Made by a program: the position numbers and the translations under genes. A DNA stretch of 37,802 bases from Trichomonas gallinae. Taxonomy: Eukaryota. The stretch lies in NCBI GenBank assembly GCA_008369845.1, contig MRSU01009989.1, positions 1 to 37,802 of the forward strand, given 5' to 3'. The notes under the pieces were generated by a model. That model ran no database searches, had not been told where the DNA came from, and saw only the letters and a program-made list of their open reading frames with translations. How positions within the stretch are numbered: position 1 is the stretch's first letter; each line of letters opens with the position of its first letter. Shown piece by piece: positions 1 to 10,124 of this stretch.

Positions 1-785
1 GTGTTGTTTCTGTCTCAGTTGTTGTGGTTGTTTCTGTTGTTGTGGTTGTTTCTGTCTCTGTAGTGGATGTTGTTTCTGTTGTTGTAGTAGTTGTTTCTGT
101 CTCAGTTGTTGTGGTTGTTTCCGTTTCTGTAGTGGATGTTGTTTCTGTTTCTGTTGTTGTGGTTGTTTCCGTTTCTGTTGTGGATGTTGTAGTATCGGAA
201 TCAGCTGTTGTGGTAGTTGTTGTATCAATATCCGTTGTGGTTGTGGATTTTGTTTCTGTTGTTGTGGTTGTAGACTCTGTTTCAGTTGTTGTGGTAGTTG
301 AATCCGATTCTGTTGTGGTTAATGAAGATTCTTCCTCTGTGGTTGTTGTAGATGTTGTACCGCTATCTGTGGTTGTTGTTGTTGTAGTTGTTGTATCCTC
401 ATCAGTTGTAGTTGTAGTTGCTGTATCTATTGCATCAGCTGTGGTTGTGGTAGTCGACTCTGTTTCTGTTGTTGTAGATGTAGTTGTGTCGCTATCCGTT
501 GCTGTTGTGGTTGTTTCTTCTTCTGTAGTAGATGTGGTTGAATCTTCTTCAGTTGTTGTGGTTGTTGTTGTCGTTGATTCGTCCTCTGTTGTTGTGGTGG
601 TGGTTGTCGTTGTCTCATCAGACTCAGTAGTTGTTGTTGTAGATGTTGTCTCATCTGAATCTGTTGTAGATGTTGTTGTTGTTTCTGTATCTGTTGTCGT
701 TGTCGTTGTTGTATCTGTTTCTGATTCTGTAGTGGTTGTCGTCGTTGTTTCTGACTCCGTTTCAGTTGTTGTTGTCGTAGTTGAG
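1..785 (-). repeat. Coding low-complexity (ACN)n / Thr-Glu repeat
   Basis: Plus strand is degenerate (gtt/gtg/gta)n with recurring units such as gttgtttctgtctcagttgttgtggtt. Confidence 0.9.
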
Positions 786-1009
786 CCAGCAGCCTCATCG
801 TTATTCTCGGCAACATCCGCTTCTTCCGTGCCATCTTGATTAATAACACGTTTTTGAAGCTGTTTGTTTTGATTTATAATATTTTCAATGATATTTTTTT
901 GGTATTTCTGTGAAAATTTATAGCCTGTTAAGTAGCTTGAAGCTGCATCTTGCTTGTTTTCTGTGTACCTGTTAGATAAAACGAAAGACAGGAAGAAGAT
1001 GAGAATCAT
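1..1009 (-). CDS. Thr/Glu/Ser/Asp-rich mucin-like secreted or surface protein (5' part; runs off window start)
   Basis: Minus-strand ATG at 1009 reads MILIFFLSFVLSNRYTENKQ...LQKRVINQDGTEEADVAENNDEAAGSTTTTTETESETTTT...; no stop was seen down to the window edge. Hydrophobic signal peptide, then about 260 aa of TTTT-ET/ES repeats. Missing from the ORF track because it has no stop in the window. Confidence 0.9.
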   Translation of the reverse strand, partial: MILIFFLSFVLSNRYTENKQDAASSYLTGYKFSQKYQKNIIENIINQNKQLQKRVINQDGTEEADVAENNDEAAGSTTTTTTETESETTTTTTTESETDTTTTTTTDTETTTTSTTDSDETTSTTTTTESDETTTTTTTTTEDESTTTTTTTTEEDSTTSTTEEETTTTATDSDTTTSTTTETESTTTTTADAIDTATTTTTDEDTTTTTTTTTDSGTTSTTTTEEESSLTTTESDSTTTTTETESTTTTTETKSTTTTDIDTTTTTTADSDTTTSTTETETTTTTETETTSTTETETTTTTETETTTTTTETTSTTETETTTTTETTTTTETETT

Positions 1010-1857
1010 TCACTCGAAACAGTTTTTTTTTAACTTAATTCTTAGAAAAATTATTATGTTATTTACAAGCAAATAAGTATCCGAAATATTTAGGGGAAAA
1101 AAGTGAAAAAAACAGTTAACTTTACAAAGCAAATCCGTTATTTTCGGTTTATTACGTGTAATAATCTGCAAAATGTAATATTTTATTATTATTTTCACAT
1201 TCAAAATTGATCATAACCGAAAATTGATTAGTGACTAAAGATTACGCATCTTGATGAGTTAACGGGATGAATTACATTAATTTTGATGTAATTTTTCAAT
1301 TTAGATTTTTGAGAGAAGAATTTGATTTCATTATTTTTGGATTATAAATAATATACAATATGATTCGGTAACTAACAAAATCTTGTGAATTAATTATGGC
1401 CTCATCACTTTCAGAATTGAATGTGTAAAAACACTTGCCATTGTATTCTATATCAAAAAATACCATTAACATTTGATCTGCTTGAGTCAAAAATGCGAGT
1501 CAAAAAGTCAAAACAGAGTGAAATTATTTAATTTTGCTATATTCAGCATCTACACTAAGAAGAAATCATGAATCCAAAATTATCTTCAACCAAAACTAGA
1601 AAAGTTATATGTTTACAAATCACATTTTTTATAGCTTTTTTTGTCCAATTTTTCATTTTTTAATTTTGAAAATGAGTTTTTTCCACAATTTAAATCTGGG
1701 TTTTGATAAATAAAAAGCTTATCAATCCATTTTATCAAAAATGTCCATTTTGAGTCATATTTTATGAGAATTTGAATAAATTCATGCATAAGAATAAGAT
1801 ATTATTGGCGTTTTCATTAGATAACTACGAGAATATGATATTTGTGAAGAGTTATTG

Positions 1858-1865
1858 TCATTTTT
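1858..1865 (+). promoter_or_regulatory. Trichomonad initiator (Inr) TCATTTTT
   Basis: TCATTTTTAATAATG directly precedes ATG 1870. Similar Inr-like sites at 7764 (TCATTT, ATG 7775), 30413 (TCATTTT, ATG 30427), minus 10106-10101 (TCACTT) and minus 17003-16999 (TCATT). Confidence 0.7.
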
Positions 1866-1869
1866 AATA

Positions 1870-2805
1870 ATGCGCGCTGAAAGGACAATGACGATTAATC
1901 CAATAAAGGATGCTGACACCGATGCTGGTGCTGCATATGACCCAAATAGATATAAAGTGAGGACGTATAAAGAAATGAACGATCCTTTAAACAAAATATT
2001 AAATCAATCAGAACAAAAAGTAAAACCAGAAGTGTATGGCTCAATATTTGTATTGGATATATTATCCAAAACCATGTCATCATACGAAATTTATATGTTA
2101 GTCGAAGATAATTTAAATATAGAAATCGATGATTTGTCAATCATCTGTGATTCTCACGGAAAATACACAGGATTAACAATAGTACAACTTAAAGAGCAAA
2201 TTTCGCAATCAAAGCTTAATCAATTAGTTTCTTTTCAATTTAAAGGGAAAGAAATTACAGCTGAGTTAATAACTACTCAGGATGGATATAAGCAGTTAAT
2301 TAAATCCATAGTTAAAAAGAAATTAGAGACAATTAAATTACCAATGAATATTTCCGTTCCTTTGGTTTTTGTATACGGATTTAATGGCGATTTGGCAGAT
2401 GCTGAAAATTATTTCGGACGGTGTGGTGCCGTATTATATATAGAAAAGAAAGAAGATCATTTAATTGTTTATTATTCAAAAGAATCATCAGCCAAATCAG
2501 CTTTAATCAACCTAAATTTACAAATATTCAATGATAGTGAAATACGCGTGAGCTTATTTTATCCAAGATCTGCAGAAAGATGTTTTGGAGTAAGATTTTC
2601 GAATAATAGCCAGATCATTCTAAAAGCAATTAGAGAAATAGGAAATATCGAATCACACAAAGAAACAAATGATAATTCGCTTTATATTTTAATGCAAAAT
2701 GTCGATTCATCAATTAAAGCATGCATGTGGCTGAATAATCAGCAAATCGATGGATCTTACATTCAAACATTCTTCATGAAATACTCAGATTATAAAAGAA
2801 TTTAA
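1870..2805 (+). CDS. Multi-RRM RNA-binding protein (about 3 degenerate RRM domains)
   Basis: Long ORF with RNP-like segments GSIFVLDI / CDSHGKYTGLTIVQL, LVFVYGF...YFGRCGAV...SAKSALINLN, and IGNIES...SSIKACMWLNNQQIDG. Start moved from TTG 1855 to ATG 1870 after the Inr. Confidence 0.7.
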   Translation: MRAERTMTINPIKDADTDAGAAYDPNRYKVRTYKEMNDPLNKILNQSEQKVKPEVYGSIFVLDILSKTMSSYEIYMLVEDNLNIEIDDLSIICDSHGKYTGLTIVQLKEQISQSKLNQLVSFQFKGKEITAELITTQDGYKQLIKSIVKKKLETIKLPMNISVPLVFVYGFNGDLADAENYFGRCGAVLYIEKKEDHLIVYYSKESSAKSALINLNLQIFNDSEIRVSLFYPRSAERCFGVRFSNNSQIILKAIREIGNIESHKETNDNSLYILMQNVDSSIKACMWLNNQQIDGSYIQTFFMKYSDYKRI

Positions 2806-3085
2806 TATATTTTTATATGATTGTTTGTTTAATAAAAATATACAGTTTTGGCAATGTTTTGGATCTTTTGGTTCATGTTGGAGCATTGCTATAATCATCT
2901 TTTCTTCAATTTCAAAATTGTTATTTTTTTAGCTTTTTCAACATAAAACAAATAAATTTTTTTAACATTCTTCAGCAAATCAACTGATTTATTATATAAT
3001 ACCTATTGCTTTCTTGTCAAATTTAAATAGAAATAAAATCTTGCAGTTGCATATATAAAAAACATGTATTTATAAACAACAATTT

Positions 3086-3712
3086 CTATAAGAAGATCTC
3101 TTCATCTGTACTATCTTCGCTATGATCAGTATCGTATCCATTCAAATTAACAACGAATGATTTTATCAGTTTCTTTGGTTCAACTGACATCTTTACAATT
3201 GGTACCTTCTTTTTACGTGGCTCAACTGGTTCTGTTTTGACATTTGTTTTTGGTATTATTTGTGGCACTGGTTTTGGAGCTGGTTTTTGGACAGGTTTAG
3301 GTGGAGGAGCCTGCAGACCAGGAGTCATCATTCTTGTGAAGAATGATGCATTGCTATATACATATTGTTTCGCAATTTCGTAAATTTCTTCTTGAGTTCT
3401 TGATGCAAATATAGGCGAATCCTTAAATTGTCGAATAACAGCTTGAATTATTTCATATTCATTAGGTATTAGTGGATGAATTTGAGGGTAAATAATTGGA
3501 TTGAACTGATGCATCGGATTTTGTGGAACATTTGTCTGTACTGGAGGATTCTCAACTCCATTTTGAACCATACTTACTGTTGGAAGAACAACTCGGTGAG
3601 AATATGGATTTACTGGATTTTGGGCAATATTCTGTTGCATATACATAGGGCTTTGCGCATACATAGCATTTCCAGGATATACATAAGGCTGCTGATTTGA
3701 GTTAATATTCAT
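3086..3712 (-). CDS. Hypothetical Pro/Gln/Asn-rich protein, 208 aa
   Basis: Intact ORF with coding-like composition: low-complexity N-terminus, short helical core, basic then acidic tail. Confidence 0.75.
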   Translation of the reverse strand: MNINSNQQPYVYPGNAMYAQSPMYMQQNIAQNPVNPYSHRVVLPTVSMVQNGVENPPVQTNVPQNPMHQFNPIIYPQIHPLIPNEYEIIQAVIRQFKDSPIFASRTQEEIYEIAKQYVYSNASFFTRMMTPGLQAPPPKPVQKPAPKPVPQIIPKTNVKTEPVEPRKKKVPIVKMSVEPKKLIKSFVVNLNGYDTDHSEDSTDEEIFL

Positions 3713-5151
3713 ATCATCAAGAAATAGGTATCATGTCACCTTTTATATTTTTGACACGTAAAATGTCAAAAATTTGTAAAATAAATTTACACGTCAGATA
3801 TTATATGATTATCAGCATATGTGACAATATATACATATACATACTGATATATATTATCTAATTAAAAGTCCTTATTTCGATATGATTTACAAAATCTCAT
3901 TTGATACTCGTCTTTTACTTAAGTTTGTTGTCTGTGCAATGAATAGCAATATACAATAAATTATGTAAAAGCTTAATAAGGATAGTGAACTGATTTATCC
4001 AATCTACATCACAAAGAAACTGAAACCGCAATAACAGATTTCAATAGACTTGTTGCATTTGATACTTTTGATAAGATAATTATATAGTTTTAGATGCATA
4101 ATATTTTCCATAATAAGATGAAGGACAGTAACAAATTGAGAGGTCTGGAGATCTTTCTAAAAAATTATAGTTATACGTTGAATCGTTTTGACCAACATAC
4201 ACTCATTGCATACCACATAAAAATATATTTGGATCAATTATTGTATAAAAAGTAAGGATATTGAAGAAGAATTCGAGATACTTTTGAATAACCATTGACA
4301 TTTCAATAAAATTTCCCATTCAGTCACTAATAGCTGGATTATACCAATTTGATGGATGAATTTTATTCACTTCTATTCCTGAAATGGAATTATTTGCTTT
4401 TTTTATTATTATTATTATATACAAAGTGATATCTATAAAATAAAGAAATGATGGGGTTGATTTTTTGAATTAAAATTATATGCAACACAAAAGTTAAAAA
4501 TTTGAATGCATTTTCTACATGTTGTTAATTTTGCTTATGGGAATGGTATGCATATGAACAATAATTTGATAGAAAAAAAGAAAATTTTAGTATTTCTATT
4601 ATAAATAATTTTTACTGCTTTCGATGATAAACGACAAACGTAAATTTTGAATTCAATTTGAAAAGAAGACTTCTCAAAACTTCAACATTGAATTACCTTT
4701 GTATCATCAAAATAGTGCAAATACCATAGGATAGTCATTGACATTATTTACATTTTTTGTTTAGTTCCCAAAATATTGAATGAGCTTTTATTTCTTTTCA
4801 AATGTAAAACAAAAAAGAGAATGCGAATAATATGAAACTAACAGCGCGTAGAAACATTTCTTTTTAAATAATCATTTTCTGTTTCTTTTCAATTTTTTGT
4901 ATTTTAACGTTTTCAATTTTATTTAAAAAATCGAATTTCTTCACCTTTTCTAATTATTTCGTGTATATATTCATGCACGTTGAATGAGATTGTATTACTT
5001 TTCAGAAGGTATTCTCAATCATTTGAAAATGTTATCAAATTCAAGCCAAGCGAATTTTCCAGTATATTCATTAATAGCATGTGTTGTGTATAAATTTATA
5101 AAAGTGGTTTCTTTCAAAGTCTACACTTTTTTTATCACAACACATAGAAGA

Positions 5152-5685
5152 ATGCCTAAAAAAGGAACTCCTGGATATGTGCCGAAGAACAAGTTCACAC
5201 CAGAAGAAGATGATGAACTCAATGAAGTTATCGAACATTATGGTACTAGTGACTGGGAAGTAGTTGCATCTCACATGAAGAAAAGAACAGCCAGGCAATG
5301 CCGTGAACGATGGATAAATTATTTAGCTCCAGAACTAACCAATCAAGCATGGACACCTGAAGAAGATAAACTTCTTGATGAATTGTATGCAGATTTTGGT
5401 TCACGTTGGCACAAAATAGCTCAATATTTCCATAACAGATCAGGCAACTGTATTCGTAATAGATATAAACTTCGTCAACGAAGAGAATTACGTGAGAAAA
5501 AGAAACAAATCAAAGCTGCAAATAAGCAAGCAGCGCCTGCTCCTCCAAAAGAAGAACCTGTTCAACCAGTTGCACAACATGATATCAAAATGATTAATAT
5601 TTCTAGTCTAAAGAATGAAGATGAAATATTGGATTTATTTCCATTCGGTAAGTCGAAGATTGAAGATTGGTTCATCGATGTGTGA
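5152..5685 (+). CDS. R2R3 Myb DNA-binding transcription factor
   Basis: Two Myb repeats: KFTPEEDDEL...DWEVVASHMKKRTARQCRERW and AWTPEEDKLL...GSRWHKIAQYFHNRSGNCIRNRY. Likely start is ATG 5152 (MPKKG); the upstream in-frame part is AT-rich and non-coding-like. Confidence 0.93.
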   Translation: MPKKGTPGYVPKNKFTPEEDDELNEVIEHYGTSDWEVVASHMKKRTARQCRERWINYLAPELTNQAWTPEEDKLLDELYADFGSRWHKIAQYFHNRSGNCIRNRYKLRQRRELREKKKQIKAANKQAAPAPPKEEPVQPVAQHDIKMINISSLKNEDEILDLFPFGKSKIEDWFIDV

Positions 5686-5818
5686 ACAATCAGACACATT
5701 TTCTTCAATGTAATGTTATATATTTTTAACATGTTAAAATAAAATGCTTATTGATCTTAGATCTATCTTTTACATGATGAATACACACTTTTATTACATA
5801 CAACAAAACAATATTATT

Positions 5819-7507
5819 TTAATAATCATAATATTCATAATATTTTGGCTCTGTTTCGCATTTCGTTTTGATTAATCCTTCTATAAAGGATATTCCTATA
5901 GGACTGACGGATTCATGTTTGTTTTGACTTGCAAATTCGCGAATACCGAGAAGATAACTCGGATTTTTGAACTCATTTACTCTTATATATCTTGCCATGC
6001 ATTTTCCCATATCTCCATATCTCGAATTCGCGCCTCGATAGAATCCTTGCTGGCTTAAATCAAAATCATCATCCGCAAAATGTCTGCCATTATAATAATC
6101 TTGTTCGCCGTGATTGTAATGCATCGAGTACTCGTATCTATGCCCGCATATAACATCTCTATAAAACAAGTTTTCTATCACAGCGTTTTTCATTATCTTT
6201 GTTGGCTTGATTTGATAGCTTCCTGTCGTTGATTTCATTTTGAGTGGCCTATATATAACTGATACTGCTTTGACAAAATCAATAATATCGTTGATTTCAA
6301 ATCTTCGATGATATTTTGTTAAAATATCACAATTACTTGAGACAAATATGACTGGAAGGTCTGGATATATGGGTAGCGTTTCATCAAGACGGTTTGCCTC
6401 GATATTAATAATTGCACAACGTATATACAAATCTGGATAATCATTGAATAGCTCTGCTGCATAATAGAAGTTATTAAGAATATAAGATGGTGTTGAATAG
6501 TTATAAAACAGAGTAACAGGCAGATAGTTCGAAGAATTGAAGAAATCCAAAAAAGATTCACTATCGAGTTGTGTAACTAAACTATTTTGAGCATTATAAA
6601 CATTTTCTCGGATATCACAATCAATCCATTTTGATTGTAACGAAGTAAAATCAGTAATATTTTCAATTTGTCGATATTGGAAAATTTTGTCTCTTCCGGT
6701 TTTTATTCTGAACCCATAGACCTTTCCACCCGATAAATCAATTCCAAAAAGCAATGAAAGCGTTTTTAATGTCTCATTGCTAAGATATGGCATTCCTGTT
6801 GAGTTTAGATCGTAAAACGTTATCGTTTCTTTCAACAAGAGAAACATGTTTGATTTAGGATGAATGATATCGTCAATTAATAACTCATATTCTGATTTCC
6901 TACAAAATTCAAAAAATATTGGATTTGAGCCATTGAAGTATAATATTTGGCCATTATTTCTTGTAAAAAGCATAAATGATTCGTTAGTAAGCGTCTGCAT
7001 CAATTCTGAATTTATAAAAAATAATTTAACTGGTCCAACAAGATCAGATGCGATATGGAAGAGATGTATTGATTGATTACTATTTTCTTCGGTAGTAATA
7101 AGCGAATAATCGTATTTTATAATATCTTTGTGAATTTCTTCGATTGAGTTGGCAAACTGATAGTGTCCTAATAATTGCTGCAGAATTAAGTCAATATTTT
7201 CCAGATTTTCAATATTTTTAAACTTAGAAAGTGGTTCTGAATGGTTATAATAACGAATTGAAATTTTTGTTGTGTTCAAAACTATGCAAATAGGAATCAT
7301 TGGTTTCAATTCATTGATTACTTCAATAAAATGGGTTGCAAACACGTCTTCGTATGAAAATGTGTGAAAAGATATGAAATTGTCGAAATCAATCGGTATA
7401 AATTCGGATTTTGATTTAAATACTGTGAATTTTGTTCTACCATCAGCAATTTCGTCCAGATTTTCATCTGATGGAAAATCAAAGAGAAATAACAAAGAAA
7501 TCAACAT
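5819..7507 (-). CDS. Signal-peptide protein with degenerate thioredoxin/PDI-like domains (no CxxC)
   Basis: 562 aa; MLISLLFLF N-terminus; segment LVTQLDSESFLDFF...PVTLFYN...AAELF...CAIINIEAN...PDLPVIF resembles a PDI thioredoxin domain lacking the catalytic cysteines. Confidence 0.6.
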   Translation of the reverse strand: MLISLLFLFDFPSDENLDEIADGRTKFTVFKSKSEFIPIDFDNFISFHTFSYEDVFATHFIEVINELKPMIPICIVLNTTKISIRYYNHSEPLSKFKNIENLENIDLILQQLLGHYQFANSIEEIHKDIIKYDYSLITTEENSNQSIHLFHIASDLVGPVKLFFINSELMQTLTNESFMLFTRNNGQILYFNGSNPIFFEFCRKSEYELLIDDIIHPKSNMFLLLKETITFYDLNSTGMPYLSNETLKTLSLLFGIDLSGGKVYGFRIKTGRDKIFQYRQIENITDFTSLQSKWIDCDIRENVYNAQNSLVTQLDSESFLDFFNSSNYLPVTLFYNYSTPSYILNNFYYAAELFNDYPDLYIRCAIINIEANRLDETLPIYPDLPVIFVSSNCDILTKYHRRFEINDIIDFVKAVSVIYRPLKMKSTTGSYQIKPTKIMKNAVIENLFYRDVICGHRYEYSMHYNHGEQDYYNGRHFADDDFDLSQQGFYRGANSRYGDMGKCMARYIRVNEFKNPSYLLGIREFASQNKHESVSPIGISFIEGLIKTKCETEPKYYEYYDY

Positions 7508-7774
7508 GTAATACTAAATTTTCTAGTAAACCAAATATTATTTTCTTCAATTACAGTATAACGGCATGCATTATTAGAATTAAAAAGCATTTTCCAAATT
7601 TTCATTAATATAAAAATTAATCAAATCTTTATAAAACTCGAAATTTGAAATTTTAATATGAATGTAAATATGATGGCATCGAATTTTAACATGAAAAAAT
7701 TTATGACATATAAATATTTTATTTGTCAACTATGTGATTACATGTCAGATAAAATTTTACATGTCATTTGGTAA

Positions 7775-8107
7775 ATGAGTAATGATGAAACATTAGACAA
7801 CCTTCAGCAATTTGTCCAGGTTAGACGAAAGAACAAGTCATATTTCATATGTGTCACTACTACAACTCGATCGATTGATATAAAACGCATGCTTACTCAA
7901 TTTCTTGACTTGAAAGTTCATGATATGCAATTATCAATTCCAAGATTGGATAATAGAATATTCAATGATCAAATGACTGTTGAAAATGAAGGATTATTGA
8001 ATGGAGAAATTATTAATTTGCAGTTACGGAAAACTGACATCAACCAGTTTGAAGACATCAATGAAGCAAGTGATGATGAGTATACTAATATAATTGATAC
8101 GCTATAA
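7775..8107 (+). CDS. Ubiquitin-like domain protein, Elongin B-like
   Basis: FVQVRRKNKSYFI...IDIKRML...IFNDQMTVENEGLLNGEIINLQLRK..NQFEDI follows the Elongin B / plant Elongin-B-like UBL pattern; no C-terminal GG. Confidence 0.7.
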   Translation: MSNDETLDNLQQFVQVRRKNKSYFICVTTTTRSIDIKRMLTQFLDLKVHDMQLSIPRLDNRIFNDQMTVENEGLLNGEIINLQLRKTDINQFEDINEASDDEYTNIIDTL

Positions 8108-8416
8108 AAAAATATCAAGTTCAATAATTAGAGTTGAGACTTCTCTCTGCAATTAGTTGATGAAATATAGAATAATAATTGAATATGCAGCATCCAATGT
8201 TCAATATTATTTTTGTGTTATTAGATTATATTGCATTTCAACGCATTAAATACCTGTATTATAATGCATTTGCAACATTAAATCCAAAATGGTATAGTTT
8301 TATGCTTGTTTCACAATGATTGCACAACAAATTTTATTTTTTGTTATATATTTTCAATAAAAATAGCAATGGTTGAAGAAAATATAAACAATTTAAATAA
8401 AAAACAAGAAAATAAA

Positions 8417-10075
8417 TTATAATTGTAGTTTTGGTCTAATTGGAATCCTTCTGCGTCTGACATCCTTCATTGAGACAGAAAGTGCATCTGACACTGGCTT
8501 CTTTGCCAAAGAGCTTCTCAACATTGAAGCAATTGTTTGTGCACCGGATTGAGTCAGAACACCGGATAGTCTTGGCGTAGAAAGCTCAGCTGGTTTAGCT
8601 GGCTTATGAGACAACTTAGTATCTGAGCTGTTATTTGCTTGAGTCTTTTCGAGTTTTTGAGATCTGAACACGCTACTGTTGTTTGCTGCTGCATTTTCAG
8701 GTTTTGTCCCGAGTTTAGTTGGTTGTGGAGTAATCTTTGGTGTTCTTGCTGACGGAGGTTCTTTGGCTTGCTTTGCTTCCTGTTTTGTTGGCTCAACAAT
8801 TATGTTCTGCTCATTCTCTTTCTGTTTCTTCTCTTTTACTGGTTCTGTCGTATCCATATATGGAATATTTCCTCTTGAATCAATTGCACAAGACATATCA
8901 TTAACAACTAACATTGATTCTTTGTACTCATGCATTAGGCTGGTGTTGCCTGTTGGATATATGCAGTGAAAGTTCATGCAACTCTTTCCTTGGCTAACGA
9001 GTTCTTGAATAATATTAGGATGACTCTTCTTTGGAAGGAATTCTTTATCACGTTGTTCTTTAGTCATTTTGCTGAGCTTGTTGATGAAATCTTCTGGCGG
9101 CGTCATGATCCTCAAAAGTGTAGATAACATTTCTATCTTGAGAGCTGACTCTTTTGCGATGTCGGCTGCGAGAGATGGACGATAGTTGACTTCCAGGATG
9201 CGTGGCTGATAGTTTTGATCAATTAAAATATCAAATCCGAGCAGCTGGAAACATTGCCTGAATGTATGGGCGGGGCAGTACTTGTTTTCTGATACTTTGA
9301 GGATCTTGAGAGATGAAATAATAGTAAGGACAATGATTCTATCGATTTTCTCCCATAATTGATCAACATTTGTAACTTTTTCAAGTTCTGCGAATGTTTC
9401 TGAGACTGTCTTTGTTATTTGTTCGATCGAAACATGGTTTGGATTCTTCCTGTTAACTGCTGTGTTCGTAATTTGACCGAATTGGGAATCATTTGAATTT
9501 GGAGCAGAGCAGAATCGTGCAATTCCATCGCGATATATGTAAATGCGTAGTGGGCTGATAGAAGCAACCAATGCATATATTCTCAAGTCGAATTTCGTGT
9601 TGTTGATTAAAGCTGATTCAACAAATTCTTGGACAACAGCAGCTGAATTTTGGTAAGCGAACTTCGTATCTGGTTTAAGAATGATAATACCACATCCAAG
9701 TGAGCCATTATCTGGTTTATAAATGTATTTTTTATTGTATCTCCTTCTATCTTCCAAAAATTGCTGGTATTCATTTGGTAATACATAACTTTTCGGGAAG
9801 AAGTTGTAAATTTCGGGCAATTTGTTGCTCATTCTCGTTAACAATCTAAATAACGGAGCTTTTCTGCATATATAGTTTATTCCTGGAAGCCTGTTGACGA
9901 TCTGCCATGGTCTAATTCCTTGCATATCATCATCCTGCTCCTTTAATGTATCGTACCAAACGATTGGGCAGGAATCTTTCTCGTTAATATTATTGCATAT
10001 GCTTGCTCCGACTTTATTTATGGCGGCCATAACTGTGCCGAACAATATCTTGCCATTCGCAATGCGTATTGACAT
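8417..10075 (-). CDS. Tubulin-tyrosine ligase-like (TTLL) protein, probable polyglutamylase
   Basis: ATP-grasp TTL motifs: VNRLPGINYICRK, FFPKSYVLP, YIYKPDNGSLGCGI, VVQEFV, KFDLRIYALV, GIARFC, ITNTAVNR, FQLLGFDILID, LEVNYRPSL; disordered basic C-tail. Confidence 0.93.
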   Translation of the reverse strand: MSIRIANGKILFGTVMAAINKVGASICNNINEKDSCPIVWYDTLKEQDDDMQGIRPWQIVNRLPGINYICRKAPLFRLLTRMSNKLPEIYNFFPKSYVLPNEYQQFLEDRRRYNKKYIYKPDNGSLGCGIIILKPDTKFAYQNSAAVVQEFVESALINNTKFDLRIYALVASISPLRIYIYRDGIARFCSAPNSNDSQFGQITNTAVNRKNPNHVSIEQITKTVSETFAELEKVTNVDQLWEKIDRIIVLTIISSLKILKVSENKYCPAHTFRQCFQLLGFDILIDQNYQPRILEVNYRPSLAADIAKESALKIEMLSTLLRIMTPPEDFINKLSKMTKEQRDKEFLPKKSHPNIIQELVSQGKSCMNFHCIYPTGNTSLMHEYKESMLVVNDMSCAIDSRGNIPYMDTTEPVKEKKQKENEQNIIVEPTKQEAKQAKEPPSARTPKITPQPTKLGTKPENAAANNSSVFRSQKLEKTQANNSSDTKLSHKPAKPAELSTPRLSGVLTQSGAQTIASMLRSSLAKKPVSDALSVSMKDVRRRRIPIRPKLQL

Positions 10076-10115
10076 GCGAAATGCTTTTGTAATCCAAATA
10101 AAGTGAAAAAATTAA

Positions 10116-10124
10116 CAACCGTTA
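10116..10124 (-). promoter_or_regulatory. Myb-recognition-element-like site (TAACGGTTG) upstream of TTLL gene
   Basis: Plus strand caaccgtta about 45 bp upstream of ATG 10075; resembles Myb YAACKG and the trichomonad M3 core-promoter motif. Confidence 0.4.

Noticed and set aside
24..849. 271-aa Val-rich plus-strand ORF and 140-aa Gln-rich minus-strand ORF
   Set aside because: Antisense and alternate-frame shadows of the Thr-rich gene, which has the ATG and signal peptide.
4984..5151. N-terminal extension of the Myb ORF
   Set aside because: AT-rich promoter-like sequence; ATG 5152 is the more plausible start.
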